25,552 bases of DNA. It comes from Clostridia bacterium. Lineage in GTDB: Bacteria > Bacillota > Clostridia > Oscillospirales > CAG-382. This document shows, one piece after another, positions 8,072 through 16,867 of this stretch. The stretch covers positions 1-25,552 of the forward strand of contig JAGCNA010000319.1 of the NCBI GenBank assembly GCA_017646185.1. The letters run 5' to 3'. Each line of letters starts with the position of its first letter. Within the stretch, counting starts at the first letter, position 1. The notes under the pieces were generated by a model. The model had not been told where the DNA came from. It was given only the letters and a program-made list of their open reading frames with translations, and did not search any database. The translations under genes and the position numbers were made by a program.

Positions 8072-9072
8072 GAACTACCATAGCAGTTGACGCAATGGGC
8101 GGCGACAAAGCTCCTCAGGCTGTTGTAGGAGGCGCATTGCTTGCAGCTTCCCAGTTGCCTATAGATATAATTCTCGTCGGTGACAGCGATGCCATTTATA
8201 CAGAGATAAATAACAGAGGCGCTATGCCTTCAAATATATCCGTTGTTCACGCCCACAGCGTTATAACGATGGAGGATGCGCCGGGCGCAATTTTGAAAGA
8301 AAAATCAGATTGCTCTATGGCGGTAGCGGCAGAGCTTGTAAAGAACGGAAAAGCAGACGCTTTGGTTTCTGCAGGAAATACCGGCGCCCTTTTTACCGTA
8401 TCTTCTCTTAAAATACGCCGTCTCCCCGGTATACGCCGTGCAGCATTGGGTGCGGTTGTGCCTCTTGAAAATCCCGTGCTTATCGTAGATTCCGGCGCAA
8501 ATACAGACGCTACGCCCGAGCTGTTGCGCACCTTTGCCCACATGGGCAGTCTGTACGCACAGCTTGTAATGGGTATCGAAAATCCCCGTATAGGTCTTGT
8601 AAACAACGGAAGCGAATCCACAAAGGGAACCCCCTTGTATGCGGAATCCAACGCACTGCTTTCAAAAGAAAAAGCAATAAACTTTGTGGGCAACGTAGAG
8701 GGAAGAGACATTCCCTGCAACACCTGCGACGTTGTTGTGTGCGACGGATTTACTGGTAATATTTTGCTCAAGACCATCGAAGGTATGGGTTTGTTTATGA
8801 AGAGCAAGTTAAAGAGCATTTTCTATGCAAACCGTATTACCAAGGTTGCGGGCGCTCTTACCAGAAGACAGATTTCCGATCTTAAAAAGCAGATAGACCA
8901 CCGCGAGCACGGCGGTGCTCCCTTTCTGGGACTTGCCAAGCCTGTTGTAAAGGCTCACGGCAGTTCGGATGAAAAGAGTATTTTTACGGCTATTCGTCAG
9001 GCAAAGACCTTCCACGAAAGCGGACTTATATCAAAACTTAAGGAGGCGATACAGAGTGAATCATCAGATTGA
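8068..9072 (+). CDS. plsX: Phosphate acyltransferase PlsX
   Basis: IAVDAMGGDKAP, SAGNTGA, DSGANTD, NVEGRD, VVCDGFTGNILLKTIEG, GGAPFLGL..PVVKAHGSS. Confidence 0.96.
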   Translation: MRTTIAVDAMGGDKAPQAVVGGALLAASQLPIDIILVGDSDAIYTEINNRGAMPSNISVVHAHSVITMEDAPGAILKEKSDCSMAVAAELVKNGKADALVSAGNTGALFTVSSLKIRRLPGIRRAALGAVVPLENPVLIVDSGANTDATPELLRTFAHMGSLYAQLVMGIENPRIGLVNNGSESTKGTPLYAESNALLSKEKAINFVGNVEGRDIPCNTCDVVVCDGFTGNILLKTIEGMGLFMKSKLKSIFYANRITKVAGALTRRQISDLKKQIDHREHGGAPFLGLAKPVVKAHGSSDEKSIFTAIRQAKTFHESGLISKLKEAIQSESSD

Positions 9073-9781
9073 GCCGTTGCCTTATATTGAGCTTGAAAAG
9101 AAGATAGGCTATGTGTTCCGCAACAAAGAATTCCTTCTTACCGCGCTCACCCATTCTTCTTTTGTTAACGAAACAAAACAAAAAACCTACCTTCGTTCCA
9201 ACGAACGGTTAGAGTTTTTGGGAGATTCCATTCTTTCTGTAATCGTTTCCGAGCATATATACCGTTCTTCTCCCGAGCTGGATGAAGGATATCTTACAAG
9301 AATCAGAGCCAATATTGTATGTGAAAATTCATTAAGCGAATTTGCCCGTGAAATAGAATTGGGAAGCTACCTCCGTATGGGACACGGTGAAGCCGTAACC
9401 AACGGAAGAGACCGTAAAAGTACGGTTGCCGATGCTTTCGAGGCTTTGCTTGCCGCAATTTATCTTGACGGCGGTATGGATCAGGCAAGACGTTTTCTTA
9501 TGCCCCGTGTAAAAACAGCTCTTTCCAAGCTTTCAAAGGGCGGCAACGAGGATTATAAGTCCCGTTTGCAAAAGATCGTTCAGCAAACACCGGAAGAAAT
9601 TCTCGAATACGTTCTTGTAAGCGAAGAAGGTCCTCCTCACGACAGAGTATTTACCTTCCGTGTAATGCTCAATTCCAACTGTCTGGGCGAAGGCGTGGGC
9701 AGAACAAAGCGTGAAGCGGAGCAAAGCGCCGCAAAAGAAGCACTTTCCGTTCTCGGTGAACTTGATGAAGACCCATCGTAA
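9056..9781 (+). CDS. rnc: Ribonuclease III
   Basis: ALTHSS, signature SNERLEFLGDSIL, ADAFEALLAAIYLDGG, dsRBD (DYKSRLQ...GPPHDRVF...GRTKREAEQSAA). GTG at 9056 follows RBS AGGAGG (9041-9046) and is preferred to the track's 8969. Confidence 0.96.
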   Translation: MNHQIEPLPYIELEKKIGYVFRNKEFLLTALTHSSFVNETKQKTYLRSNERLEFLGDSILSVIVSEHIYRSSPELDEGYLTRIRANIVCENSLSEFAREIELGSYLRMGHGEAVTNGRDRKSTVADAFEALLAAIYLDGGMDQARRFLMPRVKTALSKLSKGGNEDYKSRLQKIVQQTPEEILEYVLVSEEGPPHDRVFTFRVMLNSNCLGEGVGRTKREAEQSAAKEALSVLGELDEDPS

Positions 9782-10760
9782 CATACCTGTTTTTATTCCC
9801 CAGGAGGGGTGCCCAAACGCCTGCGTGTTTTGTTCCCAGAAAAAGATTACGGGAATAGACCGCCGTGCAGAATTGAATACCTTGAAGGATACCGTTGAGA
9901 AAGCTTTGGAAAACCGGTGGCAGGAAAGCGAGATCGCCTTTTTCGGCGGAAGCTTTACGGCTATTGATAAGGCTCGTATGATATCTCTTCTCGATACGGC
10001 GTACGAATACGTGTGTGCGGGAAAAATTAACGGAATACGCATTTCCACCCGTCCGGATTACATAGACGAAACCGTACTGGAGATTTTAAAAAGCAGGGGA
10101 GTAACTGCTATCGAATTGGGTATTCAGAGCGTTTCGGACAAGGTGTTGACAGCTTCCGGAAGAGGTCACACAAGTAAACACAGCGAAAACGCTTGTAAAT
10201 TAATAAAAAAATACGGCTTCCGTCTGGGCGGACAAATGATGGTCGGTTTGCCTTTGTCAACCGCAGAGGATGAACTTGCCACCGCTCAAGCCATTTGTGA
10301 TTGGGGCGCGGACGAAACCCGTATTTATCCTACCGTTGTCTTTGAGGATACGGCGCTTTATAATATGACCTTACAAGGTGAATACGAGCCTCTGTCCTTG
10401 GATGATGCGGTTTCCCGCTGTGCAGACTGTATGGATGTGTTTTTGACCCGAGGGGTAAAGGTCCTTCGCGTTGGACTTCACGCTTCGGAGCAGCTTGTTT
10501 CCGCACCTTACGGGGCCACCCATCCCGCAATGGGAGAGCTTGTGGAAAGCGAATTGTACCGCAGGAGAATAGACAGTCTTATACAAGGCTCCCGGGGGAA
10601 AAAGCTTTTGGTTTACGTTCCCTTTTCCGCTTGTTCAAAAGCGGCGGGCCAGCACAGAAAAAACACGGAATATTTTAAAAACACTTACGGCTTTTCTCAG
10701 GTATCCGTATACGGAACCGATATGCCGGAGCATACGGTAAGAATACATATAGAGGATTGA
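9765..10760 (+). CDS. Elp3/YhcC-like radical SAM protein of unknown function
   Basis: From ATG 9765: MKTHRNIPVFIPQEGCPNACVFCSQ (CxxxCxxC), FFGGSFT, IRISTRPDYI, IELGIQS, QMMVGLP, RIYPTVV, HPAMGELV. There is no C-terminal GNAT domain. Confidence 0.88.
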   Translation: MKTHRNIPVFIPQEGCPNACVFCSQKKITGIDRRAELNTLKDTVEKALENRWQESEIAFFGGSFTAIDKARMISLLDTAYEYVCAGKINGIRISTRPDYIDETVLEILKSRGVTAIELGIQSVSDKVLTASGRGHTSKHSENACKLIKKYGFRLGGQMMVGLPLSTAEDELATAQAICDWGADETRIYPTVVFEDTALYNMTLQGEYEPLSLDDAVSRCADCMDVFLTRGVKVLRVGLHASEQLVSAPYGATHPAMGELVESELYRRRIDSLIQGSRGKKLLVYVPFSACSKAAGQHRKNTEYFKNTYGFSQVSVYGTDMPEHTVRIHIED

Positions 10761-10764
10761 TTTT

Positions 10765-13700
10765 TTGAAACTTAAAAGTATAGAAATGCAGGGGTTCAAA
10801 TCGTTCCCCGATAAAACACGAATAACTTTTGATGACGGTGTTACCGCCATTATCGGACCCAACGGAAGCGGTAAATCCAATATTTCCGATGCGGTGCGCT
10901 GGGTACTTGGCGAAATGTCTATGAAAAGTCTTCGCGGTAGCAAGATGGAGGACGTTATCTTTAACGGAACGCCCACCCGTCCTGCCGCAAACTTTTCTGC
11001 CGTTTCTCTTACTCTGGATACCACCGCAGAGTATGACCGTCACGCACAGACGTTTATGTCTCTTTCCGAGGAAGAGAAAAATGCCGATGACAAAAAGGAC
11101 GAATACAAGCTTCACGACGGAACCGAGGTAACCATAACCAGAAAATATTACCGTAGCGGAGAAAGCGAGTATTATATCAACAAAAAGCAGGTGCGCTTAA
11201 AGGATATTTACGAGCTGTTCTATGATACCGGTATCGGTAGAGAGGGTTATTCGGTTATTTCCCAGGGTAAGATTTCCGAGGTTCTCTCCCAAAAGGGACA
11301 CGAGAGAAGAGATATCTTTGAAGAAGCCGCAGGAATTTCCAAATTCCGTTATAAAAAAGCGGAAGCGGAAAGAAAGCTTGCTGAAACAGAAAATAATCTT
11401 ATAAGAATAAACGATATTTTAAGCGAGGTTTCCTCCCGTATCGGTCCTTTGGAAAAGGAAGCGGAAAACGCAAAGAAATATCTTGTGCTTTCCGAAGAGA
11501 AAAAGGGATTGGAGATCACTCTCTGGCTTGATAAGATAGATAAGCTTCGCGGCGATCTGGAGCGCAACGCAACCGAAACAGCAGGCGCCCGTCTTGCTTT
11601 GGATAACAGCGAAAACGACGTAAGAACTCTGGATTATAAGCTGGATAACGCCCTTCGTGAAGGATATGATATCGGACGAGAGCTTTCCGAAACAGAGCGT
11701 CTTATCTCCGAAAGCGAAAAGAATATAGCTTCCATCGAATCCGAAAAAGCACTTCGTTTAAACGATGCGGAGCATTACCGCCGTATGGCACGTCAGTACG
11801 GTGAAGATATTTCCGTAAACAAAAGAGAGCTTTCTTTGGCTGCGGATATGCTTTCCGCCGCTATTGAAGTGGGTAAGGAACTGGAAAGCGAGCACGCAAA
11901 GGTAAAAGAAGAATTTGCCCTTGCGGAAGAAGCTTATGCAAAATACCGCGACACGGCAGTTTTGTGCGCCGAAAAGGAACAAAACGCTCTTTCTGAGCAG
12001 ACAAAGGCATACGAAACCGTTTCCCGTTTAAGAGAAAGCTATGCCGCTATTAAGGCTAAATCCGAAGAATCCGTCCGTGCCCGCGATGAAGCGGAAGCAC
12101 AGCTTTCCGCCTCAGCCGCAAGAATGGCAGAGCTCAAATCTGTTTTGGAGAGAGCCGCTTCCGCGCTTAATTCAGCGGAAGTACAGGTGAATGAAACTGC
12201 GGAAAAATATGCCGAAGCAACCAAAAAGTGCGATGAAAACAGAGCTTTGCGCAATCAGCTTAACGAAAAGCTGTCTGCTGTAAACCTTGAAATTTCGGCT
12301 TTGGAGCACAGACGTGAAAACCTGCGCCGCATGGAAGCGCTGTTTGAGGGATATTCGGACGGTGTTAAAAACGTAATGAACGCCTCCGAGCTTAAGGGCA
12401 TTGTAGGTACCGTTTCTTCCGTTGTTTCCACAGACGAAAAGTACGTTCTCGCTCTGGAGACCGCATTGGGTGCATCCGCACAGTTTATTATTACGGAAAA
12501 AGAAGAAGATGCAAAAAATGCCGTAAAGTATCTTAAAAAGACTTCCGGCGGCAGAGCAACCTTCCTTCCCATTGATACCGTAACCGGCAACCGTGTAAAC
12601 GAAGAGCCTTTCAAAAACGTAAAAGGCTATATCGGTATCGCATCCGATATGGTAAAGAGCGATAAAAGATTCCGTACGGTTATAGACGACCTTTTGGGCA
12701 GAACCGTGCTTACTGAAAATATGGATTCCGCTACCTCTGCCGCATCCGCTTGCGGATATAAGGTAAAGGTTGTTACCCTTGACGGTCAGGTGGTAAACCC
12801 CGGCGGAAGTATTACCGGCGGCAGCGCCCACAAAAAAGCGGGTCTGTTTACAAGAGCTATGGATATTGACCGTCTTACAGCCGATATCAAAACAAAGCGC
12901 ACCGAAACGGAAAAGCTGGAAGAGGAAATTGCAGACACCGATTCGGCATTCAACACTCTTTGCACAGTTAAAAAAGAGGCTGAAGACGCATATAATTCCG
13001 CATTGGCGTTGCGCGGCGATTGTCAGCGTGAATGCGACGGTGCAGGGGTAAGACTTGAGGAGGAAAACAACCATAACGAGGCGATCAAGCTTCAGGCTTC
13101 TCGTCAGGTTTTGGATGCGGAAGCATCCCTTGCAGAATCCGAAAAACAGCTTGCGGAAGCGGAAGAAGCTCTTAATATTATCCGTGCCGCTTGTGAAAAA
13201 TGCAATTCTGACAGTGCTTTGGCAAAAGCCAACGAGCAAAGTGCTTTTGATGAATGTAACCGCATACGTGTTTCTCTTTATGAGAAAGCCTCTTCTTATG
13301 ACAGACAGAACGCACACATACGTGCCCTTTCCGAAAAGAAGGAGGGCATTCAGAACAGAATAAACGATATTACCGCTTCTATCCGTCAGGCAGAGGAAAG
13401 CGCCGCCGAATCTGAGGCGTTGCTTGCCGAATTCGACGTTAAAAAGCTGTGCTTTGAAGAAGAAACGGCAAAATACCGTGAAAAGCTTAAAGAGCTTCTT
13501 GCATCCCGTGATGAATCCGAAAAGAGCGCTGTAAACATTCGCAGTCTCGTTAAGGAAGCCCAGATCAAAAAGGAAGAGGCTTTGCGCAGATTTACCGAGC
13601 TTGAATCAAAAGGACAGAATCTTAACACCGATTACGATACGGTTTCCGCAAAGCTTTGGGATGAATATGAGCTTACCTATACCAACGCCTGCGCATACAG

Positions 13701-14397
13701 ATTGCCTGCGGAGCAGATGACGTCTGCCGCAACCCGTGTGGCATCTCTCCGTGCAAAGATCCGTGCTATGGGTCATATTAACGTAAACGCCGTTGAGGAA
13801 TACAAAACCGAAAAAGAGAGATTTGATTTCCTTACCGCACAGACCGATGACCTTAATAAGACACGACGTCAGCTGGATTCCACCATTGAGAAGCTGTCCC
13901 GCACCATGAAGGATACCTTTATAGATTGCTTTGAGCGTATCAACTCCGCTTTCGGCAGAACCTTCGCCGCATTGTTCGGCGGCGGCTCCGGTAAGGTTGA
14001 GCTTGAAGATCCCAACAATCCTCTGGAATGCGGAATTGATATTATTTTAAGACCTCCCGGAAAGAGCGTAAAGAGTATTTCTCTTCTTTCCGGCGGCGAA
14101 CAGTCCTTTGCAGCAATCGCATTGTATCTTGCATTGCAGGAGATCAATCCTTCGCCCTTCTGTATTTTCGACGAGATCGAATCTGCGCTGGATGATGTTA
14201 ACCTTGCAAAATTTGCGGATTACGTGCGTGAGCACAGCGAATCCACCCAGTATATTCTTATTACCCACCGCCGCGGCACTATGGAGCGTGCCGACGTGCT
14301 GTACGGTGTAACAATGTACGAAAGAGGTGTTTCCAATTATCTCCGTCTTAACGTAGATATGATGGAAGAAAATATCAAAAAATACAGTCATTCATAA
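10765..14397 (+). CDS. smc: Chromosome segregation protein SMC
   Basis: Walker A GPNGSGKSN, two long coiled coils, hinge (GRATFLP, GGSITGG), signature LSGGE, Walker B/D-loop IFDEIESALD, ILITH. TTG start after RBS GAGGA. Confidence 0.97.
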   Translation: MKLKSIEMQGFKSFPDKTRITFDDGVTAIIGPNGSGKSNISDAVRWVLGEMSMKSLRGSKMEDVIFNGTPTRPAANFSAVSLTLDTTAEYDRHAQTFMSLSEEEKNADDKKDEYKLHDGTEVTITRKYYRSGESEYYINKKQVRLKDIYELFYDTGIGREGYSVISQGKISEVLSQKGHERRDIFEEAAGISKFRYKKAEAERKLAETENNLIRINDILSEVSSRIGPLEKEAENAKKYLVLSEEKKGLEITLWLDKIDKLRGDLERNATETAGARLALDNSENDVRTLDYKLDNALREGYDIGRELSETERLISESEKNIASIESEKALRLNDAEHYRRMARQYGEDISVNKRELSLAADMLSAAIEVGKELESEHAKVKEEFALAEEAYAKYRDTAVLCAEKEQNALSEQTKAYETVSRLRESYAAIKAKSEESVRARDEAEAQLSASAARMAELKSVLERAASALNSAEVQVNETAEKYAEATKKCDENRALRNQLNEKLSAVNLEISALEHRRENLRRMEALFEGYSDGVKNVMNASELKGIVGTVSSVVSTDEKYVLALETALGASAQFIITEKEEDAKNAVKYLKKTSGGRATFLPIDTVTGNRVNEEPFKNVKGYIGIASDMVKSDKRFRTVIDDLLGRTVLTENMDSATSAASACGYKVKVVTLDGQVVNPGGSITGGSAHKKAGLFTRAMDIDRLTADIKTKRTETEKLEEEIADTDSAFNTLCTVKKEAEDAYNSALALRGDCQRECDGAGVRLEEENNHNEAIKLQASRQVLDAEASLAESEKQLAEAEEALNIIRAACEKCNSDSALAKANEQSAFDECNRIRVSLYEKASSYDRQNAHIRALSEKKEGIQNRINDITASIRQAEESAAESEALLAEFDVKKLCFEEETAKYREKLKELLASRDESEKSAVNIRSLVKEAQIKKEEALRRFTELESKGQNLNTDYDTVSAKLWDEYELTYTNACAYRLPAEQMTSAATRVASLRAKIRAMGHINVNAVEEYKTEKERFDFLTAQTDDLNKTRRQLDSTIEKLSRTMKDTFIDCFERINSAFGRTFAALFGGGSGKVELEDPNNPLECGIDIILRPPGKSVKSISLLSGGEQSFAAIALYLALQEINPSPFCIFDEIESALDDVNLAKFADYVREHSESTQYILITHRRGTMERADVLYGVTMYERGVSNYLRLNVDMMEENIKKYSHS

Positions 14398-14409
14398 AAA
14401 GGAGCAACA

Positions 14410-15318
14410 ATGGGCTTTTTTGATAAATTAAAACAAGGTCTTGCAAAGACAAAAGCCGCCTTTATCACTCCGCTTGAAAAGCTCTTTTCATCTGCGGAAA
14501 AGGTGGACGAGGATTTTTTTGATGAGCTTTTGGACGTGCTTATAATGGCAGACGTGGGAGTGGAAACATCGGATTATATCGTTGAAACTCTCCGTGCCGA
14601 ATTAAAATCCAAAAATATATGGGAGGCAGAGAAAGCCCGTGTGGAGCTTCGCCGAGTAATGTGCGAAACTATCGGCGAGTATAAGCCTCTTGAGATCAAA
14701 GAAGGTCTCAACGTAATTTTGGTTATCGGAGTTAACGGCGCAGGCAAGACCACCTCTATCGGCAAGCTGGCTTCAATGTACAAAGCCGATGGAAAAAAGG
14801 TCATTCTTGCCGCCGCAGATACCTTCCGTGCCGCAGCCATTGACCAGCTCGGTGTCTGGGCGGAGAGAGCAGGGGTGCAGATGATACGTCAGTCCGAGGG
14901 TGCAGACCCTGCGGCTGTTGTATTTGACGCCGCCGCAGCCGCCCGCAAGCAAAAAGCAGACGTGCTTATCGTGGATACTGCGGGAAGATTGCACAACAAG
15001 AAAAATCTTCTTGATGAGCTTGCAAAAATAAACCGTGTTTTAGACCGTGAGCTTCCCGAAGCCCACAAGGAAACCCTTATAGTTCTGGATGCAACTACCG
15101 GTCAGAACGCTATTCTGCAGACACAGGAATTCGGTAAAGCCGCAGGAATTTCCGGTCTTGTTCTTACAAAGCTGGACGGAACCGCAAAGGGCGGATTCGT
15201 GCTTGCAATAAAACACACCTTGGATATTCCCGTACGCTTTATAGGCGTAGGCGAGGGTGTGGACGATCTCCGTCCCTTTAACCCCGATGATTTTGTAAAA
15301 GCTATGTTCGGAGATTAA
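14410..15318 (+). CDS. ftsY: Signal recognition particle receptor FtsY (short NG-only form)
   Basis: GVNGAGKTT, ADTFRAAA, DTAGRLH, DATTGQN, TKLDGTAKGG, GVGEGVDDL. Confidence 0.97.
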   Translation: MGFFDKLKQGLAKTKAAFITPLEKLFSSAEKVDEDFFDELLDVLIMADVGVETSDYIVETLRAELKSKNIWEAEKARVELRRVMCETIGEYKPLEIKEGLNVILVIGVNGAGKTTSIGKLASMYKADGKKVILAAADTFRAAAIDQLGVWAERAGVQMIRQSEGADPAAVVFDAAAAARKQKADVLIVDTAGRLHNKKNLLDELAKINRVLDRELPEAHKETLIVLDATTGQNAILQTQEFGKAAGISGLVLTKLDGTAKGGFVLAIKHTLDIPVRFIGVGEGVDDLRPFNPDDFVKAMFGD

Positions 15319-15321
15319 AAA

Positions 15322-15936
15322 ATGGAACTTGTTTTTGCCACCAATAATAAACACAAAGTAAGCGAACTTCGTGAGCTTTTCCGTGGATATTTCGGCGATA
15401 AAGTAAATATACTTACTCTTAAAGACGTAGGCTTTGAGGGCGATATTATCGAAGATGCCGATACGTTTGCGGGAAATGCCTTTATAAAAGCCGATACGGT
15501 ATGCCGTTTCTGCGGAAAGCCTGCCGTAGCGGACGATTCGGGCCTTGTTGTGGATGCGCTGGGCGGAGCTCCCGGCGTTATGTCCGCCCGCTATTCCGGC
15601 GCAGATGCCGACGATATAAGAAATATTCAAAAGCTTTTAAAAGAGCTTGAAGGCGTGGAGTACGAAAACCGTACCGCCCGTTTTGTTTGCCACATCTGCT
15701 GTGTTTTCCCTGATGGAAAACGTATTGACTGTGAAGAAAACAGCGAAGGCAGAATTATCTTTGAATGTAAGGGCGACGGAGACTTCGGTTATGACCCCGT
15801 CTTCCTTAATGAAGAGTACGGACTTACCTTTGCCCAAATGGATATGGAAACAAAAAACGAGGTAAGCCACAGAGGAAAAGCAGTAAGAACTTTTGCAGAC
15901 ATATTTGCTTCAACAAATGTTGACATAATACAGTAA
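15322..15936 (+). CDS. rdgB: dITP/XTP pyrophosphatase (RdgB/HAM1 family)
   Basis: FATNNKHK, ADDSGLVVDALGGAPGVMSARY, FGYDPVF, KNEVSHRGKA. Confidence 0.95.
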   Translation: MELVFATNNKHKVSELRELFRGYFGDKVNILTLKDVGFEGDIIEDADTFAGNAFIKADTVCRFCGKPAVADDSGLVVDALGGAPGVMSARYSGADADDIRNIQKLLKELEGVEYENRTARFVCHICCVFPDGKRIDCEENSEGRIIFECKGDGDFGYDPVFLNEEYGLTFAQMDMETKNEVSHRGKAVRTFADIFASTNVDIIQ

Positions 15937-15948
15937 ATGTGTTATCAT
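15920..15948 (+). promoter_or_regulatory. SigmaA-type extended -10 promoter for the cdaA operon, overlapping the rdgB 3' end
   Basis: TTGACA (15920-15925), 17-nt spacer ending in TGt, TATCAT (15943-15948). Confidence 0.75.
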
Positions 15949-15988
15949 ATTTTATTGGAATAAGTATACTTTACCGGGAGGGAACAGC

Positions 15989-16867
15989 GTGAGCGATTTT
16001 CTTTATTATGTTAAGGAAACTCTGTTTAATATTACAGTAATAGATGTTATAGATATCATTATAGTGTCTTTTTTGCTGTACTATACTTTTAAGTTTATAC
16101 AAGAGCGCCGCGCCGCAAAACTCGCCATCGGTCTTATTTTGCTTTTGGCACTTTTGCTTATCAGCGAAGTGCTTAATATGCACGCTCTGAATTTTATTCT
16201 GTCAAATCTGTTCAGCGTCGGAATTATTGCTTTGGTTATCGTTTTCCAGCCGGAATTGCGAAGCGCTCTGGAAAAGGTTGGCGGTGAATCGCTCAGAAGT
16301 ATACGGGGTAAAATGGATGACGAAACAGTTGCCGTTTACACCGAATGTATTACCGAGGTTGCGGTTGCCGCAGAACAGCTTTCCCAATCCAAAACAGGTG
16401 CTTTGATGGTATTTGAGCGTTCCACAAAGCTGGGCGACGTTATCCGTACCGGTACCGTCCTTGATGCAAAGCCCACCTCGTTCCTTATCGGAAACATCTT
16501 TTTCAACAAAGCGCCTCTGCACGACGGTGCGGTTATCTTCCGTGAAGGACGTATTCACGCCGCAGGATGCTTTTTGCCGCTTTCCGATAATAACGAAATC
16601 GTTAAAGATCTCGGAACCCGCCACCGTGCAGGTATCGGTATGAGCGAAAACAGCGATGCTATCGTTCTTATCGTTTCCGAAGAAACGGGTATAATTTCCG
16701 TTGCTTGCGACGGTGTGCTTAAAAGAGGATTTTCCCGCAAGAAGCTGGAAACCTATCTTGAATCCCAGCTTATTGTTAAAGAAAACTCCTTAAAGAGTAA
16801 GGTAAAGAGCCAGATAACACGTATTACAAAGATCAAAAAGGGGGATGACAATATTGATAAAGAATAA
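15989..16867 (+). CDS. cdaA: Diadenylate cyclase CdaA (DacA)
   Basis: Three N-terminal TM helices, VFQPELRSALE, GALMVFER, catalytic PLHDGA and GTRHRA motifs, VSEETG. GTG start after GGGAGG. Confidence 0.96.
   Translation: MSDFLYYVKETLFNITVIDVIDIIIVSFLLYYTFKFIQERRAAKLAIGLILLLALLLISEVLNMHALNFILSNLFSVGIIALVIVFQPELRSALEKVGGESLRSIRGKMDDETVAVYTECITEVAVAAEQLSQSKTGALMVFERSTKLGDVIRTGTVLDAKPTSFLIGNIFFNKAPLHDGAVIFREGRIHAAGCFLPLSDNNEIVKDLGTRHRAGIGMSENSDAIVLIVSEETGIISVACDGVLKRGFSRKKLETYLESQLIVKENSLKSKVKSQITRITKIKKGDDNIDKE

Noticed and set aside
12172-13317. 381-aa antisense ORF opposite smc
   Set aside because: No recognisable motifs. Long antisense frames are expected opposite codon-biased coiled-coil genes.
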